Positions 1 through 9,898 of a DNA stretch of 64,000 bases are shown piece by piece. Location: assembly GCF_965263005.1 (NCBI RefSeq), contig NZ_OZ253579.1, positions 1,911,399-1,975,398 on the forward strand, given 5' to 3'. The number at the start of each line of letters is the position of its first letter. Position 1 is the first letter of the stretch. The translations under genes and the position numbers were made by a program. The notes under the pieces were generated by a model, which saw nothing but the letters and a program-made list of their open reading frames with translations, ran no database searches and was not told where the DNA came from. Source of the stretch: Candidatus Rariloculus sp. (lineage in GTDB: Bacteria; Pseudomonadota; Gammaproteobacteria; Steroidobacterales; Rariloculaceae).

Positions 1-49
1 CCGCCAAAGTCGCGCGCACCGTGTTCAAGAAATCGTCTCGTTTGTTCAT
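1..49 (-). CDS. 5' end of a gene running off the window (MNKRDDFLNTVRATLA...)
   Basis: ATG at 49 with a GAGGAG RBS just upstream, directly after the stop of the HTH gene. Confidence 0.5.
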   Translation of the reverse strand, partial: MNKRDDFLNTVRATLA

Positions 50-62
50 CTCGCCTACTCCC

Positions 63-836
63 TCAATCGCTTCCCTGGTCGGATGTGGACCGCCGCAGGC
101 GGCTGTTTGCCCACCCGTCCACATCGGTTCGCGCGTAACTCACCCGCCGGCCGAACTTGCCAAAGCGAGGACCCTCGCCACTGATGCGGTAGCGCTCAAG
201 CGTGCGAGGACTGAGTCCCAACAGCGATGCGGCCTCGCGCGTGCTCAGATATTCCGGGTGATCCTTCATCGTGCTTTCTCCTCCTGCTCCGGCAAAACGT
301 GGTCGCTCCGCCTGGCCGTTGGCGCCCGCTCGCAAGCCATCGCGCCGCACCACGGCCGCTCGAATGGCCAGCTGTTCGGCGACGCGCAGATTCGCGCCCA
401 TCCAGGCGCGCACCCGGTCCACGGTGCTCAACCGCGGCGACGCGCCGCGGCGAAGCCTGGAGACGAACGACGGATCGTTCACCGCGTAGTGGCCCAGCCA
501 ATGCGCCTTGCTCCCGGTGATGGCGATAAACGTTTCCACCTCACACCGGAACCACGGGCCAAAGAGCGGTTCGCCCATGAACGCCAGCACCGTGTCCGCC
601 GTTTTCAACCCCACCGAGCTGCCGCGCTTGAGCCGGTGGCTTATGAAGCCCCGATCGCCAAGCGCCAGGTCCCCGAAGCGCCGCGCGCTCATTCGCTCGC
701 GCTTGCGGTACACCATGATCAGGCGGCGCAACGTGCGATCGAGGGAGGCCTCGAAGAAACCGTCCGAAAGCGAGTCGATCCATGTGCGCCGTGCCGTCAT
801 GGCCCCGAAAATAGAAGGGCCGCGATTTCGTATCAA
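63..836 (-). CDS. Two tandem phage Cro-like HTH domains in frame with a C-terminal excisionase/AlpA-like HTH domain
   Basis: Repeated motifs FGDLALGDRGFISHRLKRG and LGHYAVNDPSFVSRLRRGASPRLST; C-terminal YLSTREAASLLGLSPRTLERYR..GEGPRFGKFGRRVSY; internal GGAGGAG RBS before ATG 269; true start uncertain (ATG near 800 is plausible). Confidence 0.75.
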   Translation of the reverse strand: MIRNRGPSIFGAMTARRTWIDSLSDGFFEASLDRTLRRLIMVYRKRERMSARRFGDLALGDRGFISHRLKRGSSVGLKTADTVLAFMGEPLFGPWFRCEVETFIAITGSKAHWLGHYAVNDPSFVSRLRRGASPRLSTVDRVRAWMGANLRVAEQLAIRAAVVRRDGLRAGANGQAERPRFAGAGGESTMKDHPEYLSTREAASLLGLSPRTLERYRISGEGPRFGKFGRRVSYARTDVDGWANSRLRRSTSDQGSD

Positions 837-989
837 TATGTTTTTATAGGGGTTTTACAGCGCGTGGGCGACAATCGCCGACACATCCCCCCATCGCTCC
901 GCACTGCTACGCTTGGCTACGATAAAAAAATTTGCCGGTCGGTGAGCCATTCACGCCCGAATCGGGGTCACCTGCGCAACGGGCACGAC

Positions 990-1179
990 AAGAACCGGCC
1001 AACTGTGCGTTTTGCGGGACGGCAACGGGCTCTTGGTCAGACTGATCGAGTACGTGCAGGGGGCCAGCCCGCCCCGACTGCGGCCGATTGCCGCCAACCC
1101 GGACTTTGCTGTCTGCACCTGCCTCGCCCACGACGCCCACGTCCTCGGCACGGTGCAGTGCAGCTTTCAGCCGGTTTAG
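990..1179 (+). pseudogene. C-terminal remnant of an S24 peptidase (CI/LexA-like repressor)
   Basis: Manual translation VLRDGNGLLVRLIEYVQGASPPRLRPIAANPDFAVCTCLAHDAHVLGTVQCSFQPV* resembles the S24 C-terminus; catalytic Lys position reads R; no N-terminal HTH; divergent from the Cro-like gene. Confidence 0.55.
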
Positions 1180-1228
1180 CCCGGCCGTATCGTTGGACTT
1201 GACGGCCCTCAAGGGCCACCATCGCGGT

Positions 1229-1432
1229 TCAGGCGTTGTTCGCCCCTCGAGCCACGCCGAGGATATCCTCCCCGATGCTGGCCGCGATCCGGGCCGCGAT
1301 CCGGGCCGCCGATTCCTTCACCGAATCCTGCGCCAGATGCGCGTAGCGCGCCGTGGTCTGCACCTGCGTGTGCCCGAGCAGCTTGCCGATCACCGGCAGG
1401 CTTTCGCCCAGCGCCAGCGCACGGGAGGCAAC
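1229..1432 (-). pseudogene. Tyrosine integrase C-terminal fragment
   Basis: ASRALALGESLPVIGKLLGHTQVQTTARYAH matches box II (LLGH...TT.RY); rest of the gene absent; 12-bp internal duplication (AARIAARIAA). Confidence 0.85.
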
Positions 1433-1627
1433 GCATCCCAAACATCCTGCCCATGCGCCGGAAAATCAAACAGCAAACCTTGAACGAGCGGCGACGGCAG
1501 CACCGTCAGAACAAGGTGGCTTGAAGGAAACCAGATGAGCCGGTTACTCTCTTAAATCCAAGCCCCTTCTGTCCGAAAGGTTCTGACGACGTACAGTGAA
1601 AATAGCATTTCAGATCTGCGCCTCGAG

Positions 1628-2146
1628 TTAGTACTCGGCTAGGTCGGTCTCTCCAATCTCTTCCAAGCGGGCAACAAGAGCATGAAAGCGGACAGGCTGT
1701 ATCTTGCCCGCCTCATATAGTCGCTTGACGGTCAAATGGGGATTCATGATCAGCACATGCGAGAACGGACCGTGCCGGCCTTCCTGTACTCCTATAAAGC
1801 CAAGATCCGCAAGGATCCGCATCCGTTGCCGCCATGTTGAGTCGGCCCGTTGACCCGTGAATCCGGACTCGAACGCAAACTCGGCTGGACTCCTGATGTC
1901 GACAACGGAGGCTTCGCGTACCCAGCACCAGAGGGTCAGATATGTAGCTGATAGCGGCCTGCCTTTGGACAAGGTGTCCATAATCTGCATGACGTGCTGC
2001 AGACCCCTCGGAATGGTGGTGAAGCCATCATGCCGATCCCGGTGCCACAGGTCGTTGTCGTCAACGTCGCCCCAAAACCGGTGCCGAAGCTTTTTCTGCG
2101 CCTTGTCGATCTTCGATTCACCCTTCTTTCTTTCCCTCTGTGTCAC
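1628..2146 (-). CDS. Small MGE-associated protein with predicted winged-HTH (possibly a replication initiator or regulator)
   Basis: 172 aa; GFTTIPR motif, then FAFESGFTGQRADSTWRQRMRILADLGFI (helix-turn-helix plus wing pattern). Confidence 0.65.
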   Translation of the reverse strand: MTQRERKKGESKIDKAQKKLRHRFWGDVDDNDLWHRDRHDGFTTIPRGLQHVMQIMDTLSKGRPLSATYLTLWCWVREASVVDIRSPAEFAFESGFTGQRADSTWRQRMRILADLGFIGVQEGRHGPFSHVLIMNPHLTVKRLYEAGKIQPVRFHALVARLEEIGETDLAEY

Positions 2147-2214
2147 GATCTGTGCGTCCTAGTCAAAATCTGATAAGTGAATACCGGCCTGTCACAAGGC
2201 AATTATCAACGGAC

Positions 2215-2247
2215 AACTCAATAAATTAAATAGAAAACAATGAGTTA
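2215..2247. promoter_or_regulatory. AT-rich tract with AACTCA/TGAGTT inverted repeat and IHF-like site
   Basis: aactca-ataaattaaatagaaaacaa-tgagtt; AAACAATGAGTTA (2235-2247) is 1 mismatch from WATCAANNNNTTR; second IHF-like site AATCAGCCACTTA at 2366-2378. Confidence 0.45.
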
Positions 2248-2389
2248 TTGGTGTTTATTGGGTATGAAACGATTGAAATTCGCGCCGAATGTCGGGTTGC
2301 GTGCAGAAGTAAATGGCTCAACTCAATGTTGGAGATGAAGTATATGCATCGGTCGTTCGATGTGCAATCAGCCACTTACGGCGGGTCGG

Positions 2390-2439
2390 GTCCTCCCGGT
2401 ACTCCTAGTGCTCTTGTCCTCCTGTCCTCTTGTGCTCTG
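2390..2439. repeat. Six tandem 8-9 bp iteron-like repeats (GTVCTCYN)
   Basis: gtcctccc g gtactcct a gtgctctt gtcctcct gtcctctt gtgctctg. Confidence 0.65.
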
Positions 2440-3357
2440 GGGCCGTGGGGGAATGATGAGGCGAAAACATGCCGGTCCAGTTGGCCGAAAATGCAACTCT
2501 TGGCGTGGAAAACCTTTGGATCACCACTCCGCAACTGCAACCCCACCGTCTCGCAAATATTTTCCTTTTCCAACTCACGCACCGGCGCCGCTTTCATCTC
2601 GGGACCGTTGTGGCGTTATTGTTCACGTTCGGCTCTCCGTCCGAAATCCCGGACGCATTTCGGGTACCGGCTCTACCGATTTCGGTAATACGATACGGTC
2701 TCCCGTGGAGCCTTCCAACCGCGCGCGGGGTGTATCGCAATCGTCCGTCACCAGTTCCGCGCCATGGCACGCGCGGCTAAACTCAACAGACCAATCGATT
2801 GCCTGCGCTGGCTGAGACTGCCCGGGCAACGCCCTTCAATCGGCCGCACGTACGGCCTATCCGTATGTCGGTTTTCTTGAGCTTTCGCCATATCTCCTGT
2901 CTTGGGCCAACCGCGATGATTCGCGCTGAACCGCTATTCCATTAGACTTCCCGCCCCCACGCGACCTCTTTAAGCCCCCACAATCCAACGGAGACGCCAT
3001 GGACGATCGGAACGTTTCAGCGATTCGGCAACTTTTCAGGACACTTGACGTTTGACGACACCTGTCGGGCTACCGACTCGAAGGACGGCTGGCTGCCTTC
3101 TTCGAGGGACTTCAGAGGTTCTTCCTGGACGAGGATGCGGACGGGAAAATCGAGATAGCCGGAAACGCAATCCGTTGAGGATATAGGATAGTAAAAGGGT
3201 ACAGTGGTTCTGATCCCCGTTACGTGCAGCGGTTGCATGCCGTATGTCTGAAGGTTAGTGCATGCGGAAATCATGAATGTTCGATGTGCTGAATGCAGAA
3301 CGGAGTGACAAGAGGGTATTGCTGCAGCTCGACAATCGATGCCGGCTGTCATTTCGT

Positions 3358-6300
3358 CTACGTGAGCCGATCCAGGAACCGGTGGACAGCATCTCGAACA
3401 TTTGCGTGCGTGTCACTCCTCATCGAGCTGGCCAGCGCCAGCGCCCTCTCCGGGTCGATTGCGCGGTGAGTCAGCACGTGACGAACGCCGAGCAGACGGT
3501 ACGAAGAATCCTGATCGCTGCAGAGGTCGCACAGGGTTGAGAGGTCTTCGGAGCGGTACGGGACATCGCTGCCGAGGAGTTTTTCGCATTGTCTCGAGGA
3601 AAACCGTTTCGCGACTATGCTTTCGACCAGCCTGGACATCTCGTCGCTCGAGTCTCCGGCGACGCCGATCAGCCCGTCGATGGCGGCAGCGCGGACATCG
3701 GTCCTTGGATCGCCCGTCAGGTCGGCGAGCTCCTCGAACGTAGGCGGCGCAATGACACACAGCGTACGAAGCAGGGCCTCCCTGGGGCTCTCCGGGACGG
3801 TGCCGCTACCGGTTGGGTACGGTGCTTCGTTTTCGCGCCAGTAACCGCTCGCCGACCGGAGCAAATCCGCGAGCCACGTGTCGGCGCTCGAAGCGGTTTG
3901 CTGGCACCATCGCGCCGCAGCCGCCGCGGTCCTGGCGTTGCGGTTGAGGAGTCGTTTCTCCAGAACTGCCAGATGGGATGGCGTCATCCTGCACCCTCCG
4001 TTTTTTAGATTTTCGAACAGATGGTGCAGCCCGGATGTATCGCGACCGCCGAGCCTGTGAATGAGCAGTTCGCAGCCGTCGGAAAGCTCATACGTCAGCG
4101 CGGCTGCCCAGTGCAGAGCATCCCCGGATGCCTCCGAGAGCAGACGCTGGCAAACGGTGCGAAGGGCGACGCCATCAAAGCGCGCGGCGATGAAATGAGC
4201 TGCTAGGCGCTGAACCCATTCCGAGGGATGCTGAACGAGGCCTTCGACCAGGCCCATGTCGATTTCGAATTCGCTGCCGCGACTCCAATCGGCTTCCGCT
4301 GCATCCACGTTTGGCAGAACGTCCAGAGAGGAGCACCAGGTCCCGTCCCGGCGAAACGACTCGACGGTGGCAATGGCCTGCCTTCCTTCTGCGGCGAGCC
4401 TCTCCGCATCCAGCTCGAACACTTGCGCGGCTGCGCAAACCAACGTGTGAACCGCGTCAAGCCGAGTGCCGTCTGACAGCCAGACATACACATCTCGCAC
4501 AGGCACCTCCATGATTCCAGCCAGTCGAAAGAATGCTCCAAGGCACTTCAGTTCCGTGCGCAGGGGAGGACCTTCGTAATCCCTCAAAAACGCAGTTGGC
4601 ACGACCTCGGTCAGTAGTGCCTCGCTAGCTGCATAAAACTCATCGGGAATGGAGAACCCGATCGCTCCGTACGATTCGGCTCGCCGGAACGGTGGGCGCG
4701 ACAGGTCCTTCCGGCCCAATCCCGTAAGCAACGCCTCCAACCGGGAAAGGAAACCGACCGAGGCACTCAATTGCGAGTTCCAGACTTCGGCGGTCAGCCG
4801 TTCCTGGTACTCGGCGTCCTGGTCCGAAAGCAGCGATTTGAGCGCTCCCAGAATGAAGTTCTCAAAGACACCGCGCTCAGGCACCGGTCCGAAAGGCGAA
4901 ATCGATCTCCGATGAACGAAAAAGTCCTTCTTTTCACTACGATCCATGAAGTGAACCAAGGCGTCTTCCAGAACGCTTCGTTCCACGGTGCCGGGAAAAT
5001 GACGTGCGAGGACCGCCCAGCCGACGAGCCGCGACCACTCCATTGGCGCCTGTAGAAGAGCGAAAGCGATTTGTTTGACCTCCGCCATCCGGCTGAGATC
5101 GTGTTCGGTCAGGCAAAGCCCTACGCGGTAGGCCTTCTGGCGATCCTCGGATCGGGCAAGCGCGAACACGCTTTCCACGAACGACCTCCGCTGCGCGGGC
5201 GACAGGGAGACCTCGGGACGGGCAAGCACCCGAAATATAAGATCCAGTGTCGATTTGTCCGGCTCTACGGCCTCGAACTCCGCGATCAGCAATTCCGCTA
5301 GCACGGTCGCCAACCGAGTCCCGGCGGCGAAGTCCAGAATCTCCTCCCAGTCGGGGTTCGCCAGAACGGATTCTATCGCGTGGCGCGCCTCGTCCGGCTC
5401 CATTTCCGACAAATGGCGAGCGGCCGCGAACTCCCCGCACGTCTTGTGAATGAAGGCAATTAGGTCGATGCTGGGATGCCGCAGGCGCTCGATCACACCT
5501 TTCTCTTCCCAGTACCCGATGGAAGCTTCGACGACGGTGAGGGCCTGCAGCGGCGTCTTGCGGAGGGCTTGCTCCATCGTCTGTGCGCACTGTCTCTCGA
5601 GCTCTTCCGCGGTGCGGAGAGGCGATGCGGCAATCAGCCAGCCCAGTTCGTTCAGGACGCTGTTGCGGATCGACCTGGGCGGCGGTTCGGGTCCGGCCTG
5701 ACGGCCCGTCGAGGCACCGTCAATGAGGCGGAAGATGCGCTGGTAGAGTTCCAGCTTGGTTTTGCTTGCATCTTTCCAGTTAAGGAACAAGGCGGCGCCG
5801 AACGCGAGGAGAAGCGGACTTCTGGCGAGTACCCGAGAGGCGCCGCCTTCCTCCAGGTAGGCTCGGATTCGGGGGAGAAGTTCGTCCGTCTCCTCCCCGC
5901 TGTCCTCGTCGAGCGCACACCGGCACAAGGTCTCCAGGTGCCTTGCAGTATCTTCTTCAGCCAGAGGCACGATCTCGTAGTGGCGCCAATCGTGAAGTTC
6001 GGTGGTGCTGTACCCGATCGGCCGTGTGGTCACCACGATGCGATAGGACGGGTGAGATGCGGCGATGTCTTTCAGACCGGCCGAGATGTCGAATTGTTGC
6101 TCGCCGCACTCGTCGAGTCCGTCGCACAGGAGAACGAGGTCGGACAAGGAAGCCGCACGGAGTCGCTCCTGGGATACCCCGCTTGCGTCCATTCCGAGCT
6201 GCATCAGACCTTCTTCGATCCCGCAGCCGGTTTTCCGCACTCGCGTCGCCAGATCGGGCAGTCGCACCCGCAAGCTGACGCAGGAATCCTTTGCGAATAC

Positions 6301-7323
6301 TCGCGCCAGGACTTTCAGCAGCAGCGACTTCCCGCTGCCGGGACCGCCGAGGACCACACACAGTTTGCGAAACGTCCCAATGGTCTTCGCATCGATCGCG
6401 TGTTGATCTGCGCGCGATTTGTGCCCCAAAGCATGATAGTCGGCCAAAGCCTCCTCAACAGAGGGTGCCTGCTCGATGGATGCGTCGCGAATCACCGCGG
6501 TCAGCGGTAGCCAGGCTCGATCCGCGGGCAATAGCCGCGAAATACCGATCACCACAAAGTGCTCCGTTCGGGACATCGTCCAGCGCAAGAGTTCGTCGCT
6601 GATCGCGACTGGCGAGTCCCTGGAGGCGTGCTCGATATTGACTCCGGAGGCGGCCAAGCACGCCGACAGACTGCCCACGTTGCGGCGGCTCTTGCTGGCT
6701 ATGGCCGACAGGGCGTCCTGACAGAGTGCCTGCCATGCCGGGGTCACCTGGCGGTCGTCAGCGCACACTTGGCGCAGTTCCGCACGTGCAGCCGCGATCG
6801 CGTCGCCGGCATCCTCAAGTGCGGACACCGTCCTGATGCGTATGCGTGCGCAGACCGCTTCAGTGTCGTAGCCATTTTCGGCCAAGCGACTCGCCAGCCT
6901 TAGCTGTTCCGGCGACGCGCCGTCCATACGCCCGGCTCCGATTCGGTTCAACGCGAGCGCATAGCGCTGTCTCACCGGGGTGCTGGAGTTCGGACACACG
7001 ATCAGGATTCCGTAGTTGCAGCGATTGCGGTGGATTCCTTCGCACAGGGCGTCGAGAACTGCCCAGAATCGACTGTCGGCCCGAAGTCCCTTCTTTACCT
7101 GAATCTCCACGATGCTGCCGTCCGAGAGTTGCAGCGACAAATCGTCTCCCGGTCCATCGGTCTCAAACGAAACCGAGCATGGGGCCATTCCGGTAAGGCC
7201 GTCGGTCCACTGCACGGGAATGCCGCGCAGCGTGTGGATGCCGGCGATGGCGCCGATACTTGCCTGAAAACCAAATCCGCCCGCTGCCGCGGACCCACCG
7301 AAATTGCTTGACACGCGGTTCAT
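3358..7323 (-). CDS. NACHT/STAND NTPase with N-terminal PD-(D/E)xK-like nuclease domain and C-terminal HEAT-like repeats (probable anti-phage protein)
   Basis: 1321 aa; N-terminal GFGFQ...ETDGPGDDL...EIQVKK; Walker A GGPGSGKS; Walker B LLCDGLDE; VTTRP, SPLLL and FIHKT.GEF NACHT motifs; DVRAAAI/NVRDAV helical repeats. Confidence 0.85.
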   Translation of the reverse strand: MNRVSSNFGGSAAAGGFGFQASIGAIAGIHTLRGIPVQWTDGLTGMAPCSVSFETDGPGDDLSLQLSDGSIVEIQVKKGLRADSRFWAVLDALCEGIHRNRCNYGILIVCPNSSTPVRQRYALALNRIGAGRMDGASPEQLRLASRLAENGYDTEAVCARIRIRTVSALEDAGDAIAAARAELRQVCADDRQVTPAWQALCQDALSAIASKSRRNVGSLSACLAASGVNIEHASRDSPVAISDELLRWTMSRTEHFVVIGISRLLPADRAWLPLTAVIRDASIEQAPSVEEALADYHALGHKSRADQHAIDAKTIGTFRKLCVVLGGPGSGKSLLLKVLARVFAKDSCVSLRVRLPDLATRVRKTGCGIEEGLMQLGMDASGVSQERLRAASLSDLVLLCDGLDECGEQQFDISAGLKDIAASHPSYRIVVTTRPIGYSTTELHDWRHYEIVPLAEEDTARHLETLCRCALDEDSGEETDELLPRIRAYLEEGGASRVLARSPLLLAFGAALFLNWKDASKTKLELYQRIFRLIDGASTGRQAGPEPPPRSIRNSVLNELGWLIAASPLRTAEELERQCAQTMEQALRKTPLQALTVVEASIGYWEEKGVIERLRHPSIDLIAFIHKTCGEFAAARHLSEMEPDEARHAIESVLANPDWEEILDFAAGTRLATVLAELLIAEFEAVEPDKSTLDLIFRVLARPEVSLSPAQRRSFVESVFALARSEDRQKAYRVGLCLTEHDLSRMAEVKQIAFALLQAPMEWSRLVGWAVLARHFPGTVERSVLEDALVHFMDRSEKKDFFVHRRSISPFGPVPERGVFENFILGALKSLLSDQDAEYQERLTAEVWNSQLSASVGFLSRLEALLTGLGRKDLSRPPFRRAESYGAIGFSIPDEFYAASEALLTEVVPTAFLRDYEGPPLRTELKCLGAFFRLAGIMEVPVRDVYVWLSDGTRLDAVHTLVCAAAQVFELDAERLAAEGRQAIATVESFRRDGTWCSSLDVLPNVDAAEADWSRGSEFEIDMGLVEGLVQHPSEWVQRLAAHFIAARFDGVALRTVCQRLLSEASGDALHWAAALTYELSDGCELLIHRLGGRDTSGLHHLFENLKNGGCRMTPSHLAVLEKRLLNRNARTAAAAARWCQQTASSADTWLADLLRSASGYWRENEAPYPTGSGTVPESPREALLRTLCVIAPPTFEELADLTGDPRTDVRAAAIDGLIGVAGDSSDEMSRLVESIVAKRFSSRQCEKLLGSDVPYRSEDLSTLCDLCSDQDSSYRLLGVRHVLTHRAIDPERALALASSMRSDTHANVRDAVHRFLDRLT

Positions 7324-7687
7324 TGCGCTCCCGGCTTGTATGTCGTCAGCATTCTGCCTGCGCCCAGGGTATGCGGGGAACCCATCCCGAACGCTGTTAA
7401 CGAGGCGCTGAATGGGCGGAAGGGGCCGACCATTGAGCTGCCTGCGTTCTCGCTCCGATTGCGGTACCGGTTACTGTCGTGACGGAGCTTCCGAATCTCG
7501 CATCTCTGCCACACAAGGCTTGCAACCCGCCCCAAAGTCATATCATTCAGAATTTGAATCTTGTCGATCATGGCCAGGTCAACCACTGGGTTTGCAAGCC
7601 GCAGGTGTTTTGAATCCAATTGCTGCGCGCGCAGTGGGCATGATGTGGGCCTGCCGAGCCATGCGGGGAAAATCGTCCGGAGGCGAT

Positions 7688-9898
7688 TCATTCTTCTGCC
7701 GCCGTGCGGGGTTGCAGCAATGGACGCAAGAGCGTTTCGGCTCGGTCCTGGCGCGGTGGGTTGTCTGGCTCGCTCAGGCGTTCGAGAAGTGCTTCGCGGC
7801 GCTCCCGAATGGCCTTGCGGGCCTGTTCCCACTGGTCGTCGGTCAGGTTCGGAGGTCGGGCCAGTGCGCGATCGAGATGCCCGGCGATGTCGGCGCAATC
7901 CCGGGCGAGGGCTGCCTTGCGAATGGCCCACAGGAGCGCGAACACCTCGGCCAGGATGAAGCTATCCGGTGGATCGGCTGTCTGACAGTACGAACGAACG
8001 ATGGATTCGATACAACAGACACAATTCAACAGGACATCCGCACGACCGCTCGAGAGGAATCGCAGGCCGATGTAGCCGAGCGTGTCGCAGCACTGTTGAA
8101 CGCGAGGGGCATGGATGGCGTTCTTGTCCCGGAAGGCCGAGGGATAGAACGCGAGCAAACCGATGAATCCCCGGATCAGTTCGTCGTGATCGCCCTGATG
8201 GGGTGGCGCGGGCCCGTCAATGAAATCGGCGACCGCGACCGCGACGTGCTTGATCAGGCCGTCGATTTCCCGCAGAAGCAGACTCCGCCCGAACTCGTTG
8301 TCCTGCGCGACCTTACGCAGGTGATCGGCAAGCACGCTTTCAAGCTGCAGGAGCAGTGCCCAGGTGTCCTGGCAGTCGCGCTCGTCGTCCGCGTGGTATA
8401 GCCATCGAAGCGTGTTGCCGAAGAGCCAGGCGAGGGAGAGCATGTCGGTCGAGTCGTAGGCGTGCTTCAGCGGCCGGTAGGCGTGCGAGGGCTCGGCGGC
8501 CCGTTCGTTTTCGAGGGCCAGCGGAACCTGAAGCGCGATCTTCTCGAGCACCGAGCTCAGGGCTTCCGCGAAACGCGTTTTCTCCCAGGAAAGCGCACTC
8601 AGGATCAGGAACTGGTTCTTGGTCACGGCCTCGGCGAGTTCGAAACGGCGATCCGAGTAGAACACCGCGGCGATGTCGTGAAGCCCATCGACGAGGCAGG
8701 CGTGAAGATCGGCGAACGGGATGTCCTTGGGGACATCGTAAACGAGGTCCGTGAGAATCGATGCCGACTGGAAAGGGACTTCCTCCAGGCCCTGCGATTG
8801 GGCGAACCTGAGGCAGTCGAACGCGTGATGGAGCGGCGCAGCGGAAAGCGGCGCCGTGTTGGGGCTGAAGGCGGGGGCCGCCAGATTCGCCGTATGTACG
8901 GCGATGGTGCGAAAGGCGTGCGACACGCGGATCGCGGTCACCTCGTCCTCCGCCTTCACCGCGGCGCGGCTGATCTGGCGCAACAGGTGGTAGGCCGGGT
9001 GCGTGACGAGGTCGACGTCGGATGTGTTCGCACCGGCCGCGCCGCGATACAACATGAGGTTGCGCTTCCTGCCGGATAGGCAGTGATTGGTCAGTTCGGC
9101 GATCGCGGCAATGGCGGCCCTGGCCAGTGGCTTTTCCCCGCGTGCAAGCGCCCGGAGCGCCATTTCGGCAAGGTCGTCAAAGGGTTCGACGAGGATGCCC
9201 GGATACCCGGGGACGAACCGCAGATAGATCGTTGATTCGATCAGTTGGCGAGAACTGGCCGGTTTGCGTTTTATGAATGGCCCGCGGTGACGGAGCCACC
9301 CATTGCGATGCACGATCCGGTTCAGCCGGTCCTGCGCGGTTTTCGCCTCCTTCAGGCCGGCCTCCACCGCGTACTGCGGATCCAGCAGGCGGCACACGCG
9401 AGCGTGATACCCCCGCAGCAGGTCGAGGCCGACGCCCAGCAGGGCCAGGGAGGCGGCCAAAATGAAGCTGACGGGCAGGAGGGCCGGGGCGCGCACGGCG
9501 AACGCGAAGCTCGTCACGCACAGCACGCCGAGCGACACGAACGTGATGTAAGCGACCTTGTCGCGGCGGTAGAGACGCAGGATGGATGCGGACCACGCGT
9601 CGCCGGCCCGCTGGATCGGAATGACGGACAGCGTCAGCGCAAGCGCAAGCACGGTGCCGTAGGTGGCGCCGAGACCGGCAAGGACCGTTTCAATCGGCTC
9701 GAACCGGTCCGCTGCGGCACGTATCGGGGGAACGAGTATCACGCAGGCCGCCACGCCGGTCGCGAACAGCGTGATCGCGGCACGGCCCACGCGGGACGGG
9801 ACCCGGGGCGTGGTCAGCGCCAGTCGAAGGTGCCATTCGATAAGGCGAATCACCAGGTGTTTCCAGGCGCGTGCCGAGACGCGATTCAGCGCTTGCAT
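7688..9898 (-). CDS. Membrane protein with N-terminal TM bundle (DUF2254-like) and long helical C-terminal region
   Basis: 736 aa; about four hydrophobic helices in the first ~160 aa. Confidence 0.6.
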   Translation of the reverse strand: MQALNRVSARAWKHLVIRLIEWHLRLALTTPRVPSRVGRAAITLFATGVAACVILVPPIRAAADRFEPIETVLAGLGATYGTVLALALTLSVIPIQRAGDAWSASILRLYRRDKVAYITFVSLGVLCVTSFAFAVRAPALLPVSFILAASLALLGVGLDLLRGYHARVCRLLDPQYAVEAGLKEAKTAQDRLNRIVHRNGWLRHRGPFIKRKPASSRQLIESTIYLRFVPGYPGILVEPFDDLAEMALRALARGEKPLARAAIAAIAELTNHCLSGRKRNLMLYRGAAGANTSDVDLVTHPAYHLLRQISRAAVKAEDEVTAIRVSHAFRTIAVHTANLAAPAFSPNTAPLSAAPLHHAFDCLRFAQSQGLEEVPFQSASILTDLVYDVPKDIPFADLHACLVDGLHDIAAVFYSDRRFELAEAVTKNQFLILSALSWEKTRFAEALSSVLEKIALQVPLALENERAAEPSHAYRPLKHAYDSTDMLSLAWLFGNTLRWLYHADDERDCQDTWALLLQLESVLADHLRKVAQDNEFGRSLLLREIDGLIKHVAVAVADFIDGPAPPHQGDHDELIRGFIGLLAFYPSAFRDKNAIHAPRVQQCCDTLGYIGLRFLSSGRADVLLNCVCCIESIVRSYCQTADPPDSFILAEVFALLWAIRKAALARDCADIAGHLDRALARPPNLTDDQWEQARKAIRERREALLERLSEPDNPPRQDRAETLLRPLLQPRTAAEE

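Noticed and set aside
21-1202. 393-aa plus-strand ORF
   Set aside because: Antisense shadow of the HTH gene; Arg/Pro-rich with no recognisable motifs
1530-1615. Hammerhead-like words (CTGACGA...GAAA)
   Set aside because: Stems I and II cannot be formed around the core
2390-2439. Possible CRISPR array
   Set aside because: Units are 8-9 bp with no spacers, and there are no cas genes in the window
3062-3178. Protein-like fragment LSGYRLEGRL...GNAIR*
   Set aside because: Too short to assign; resemblance to a transposase C-terminus is weak
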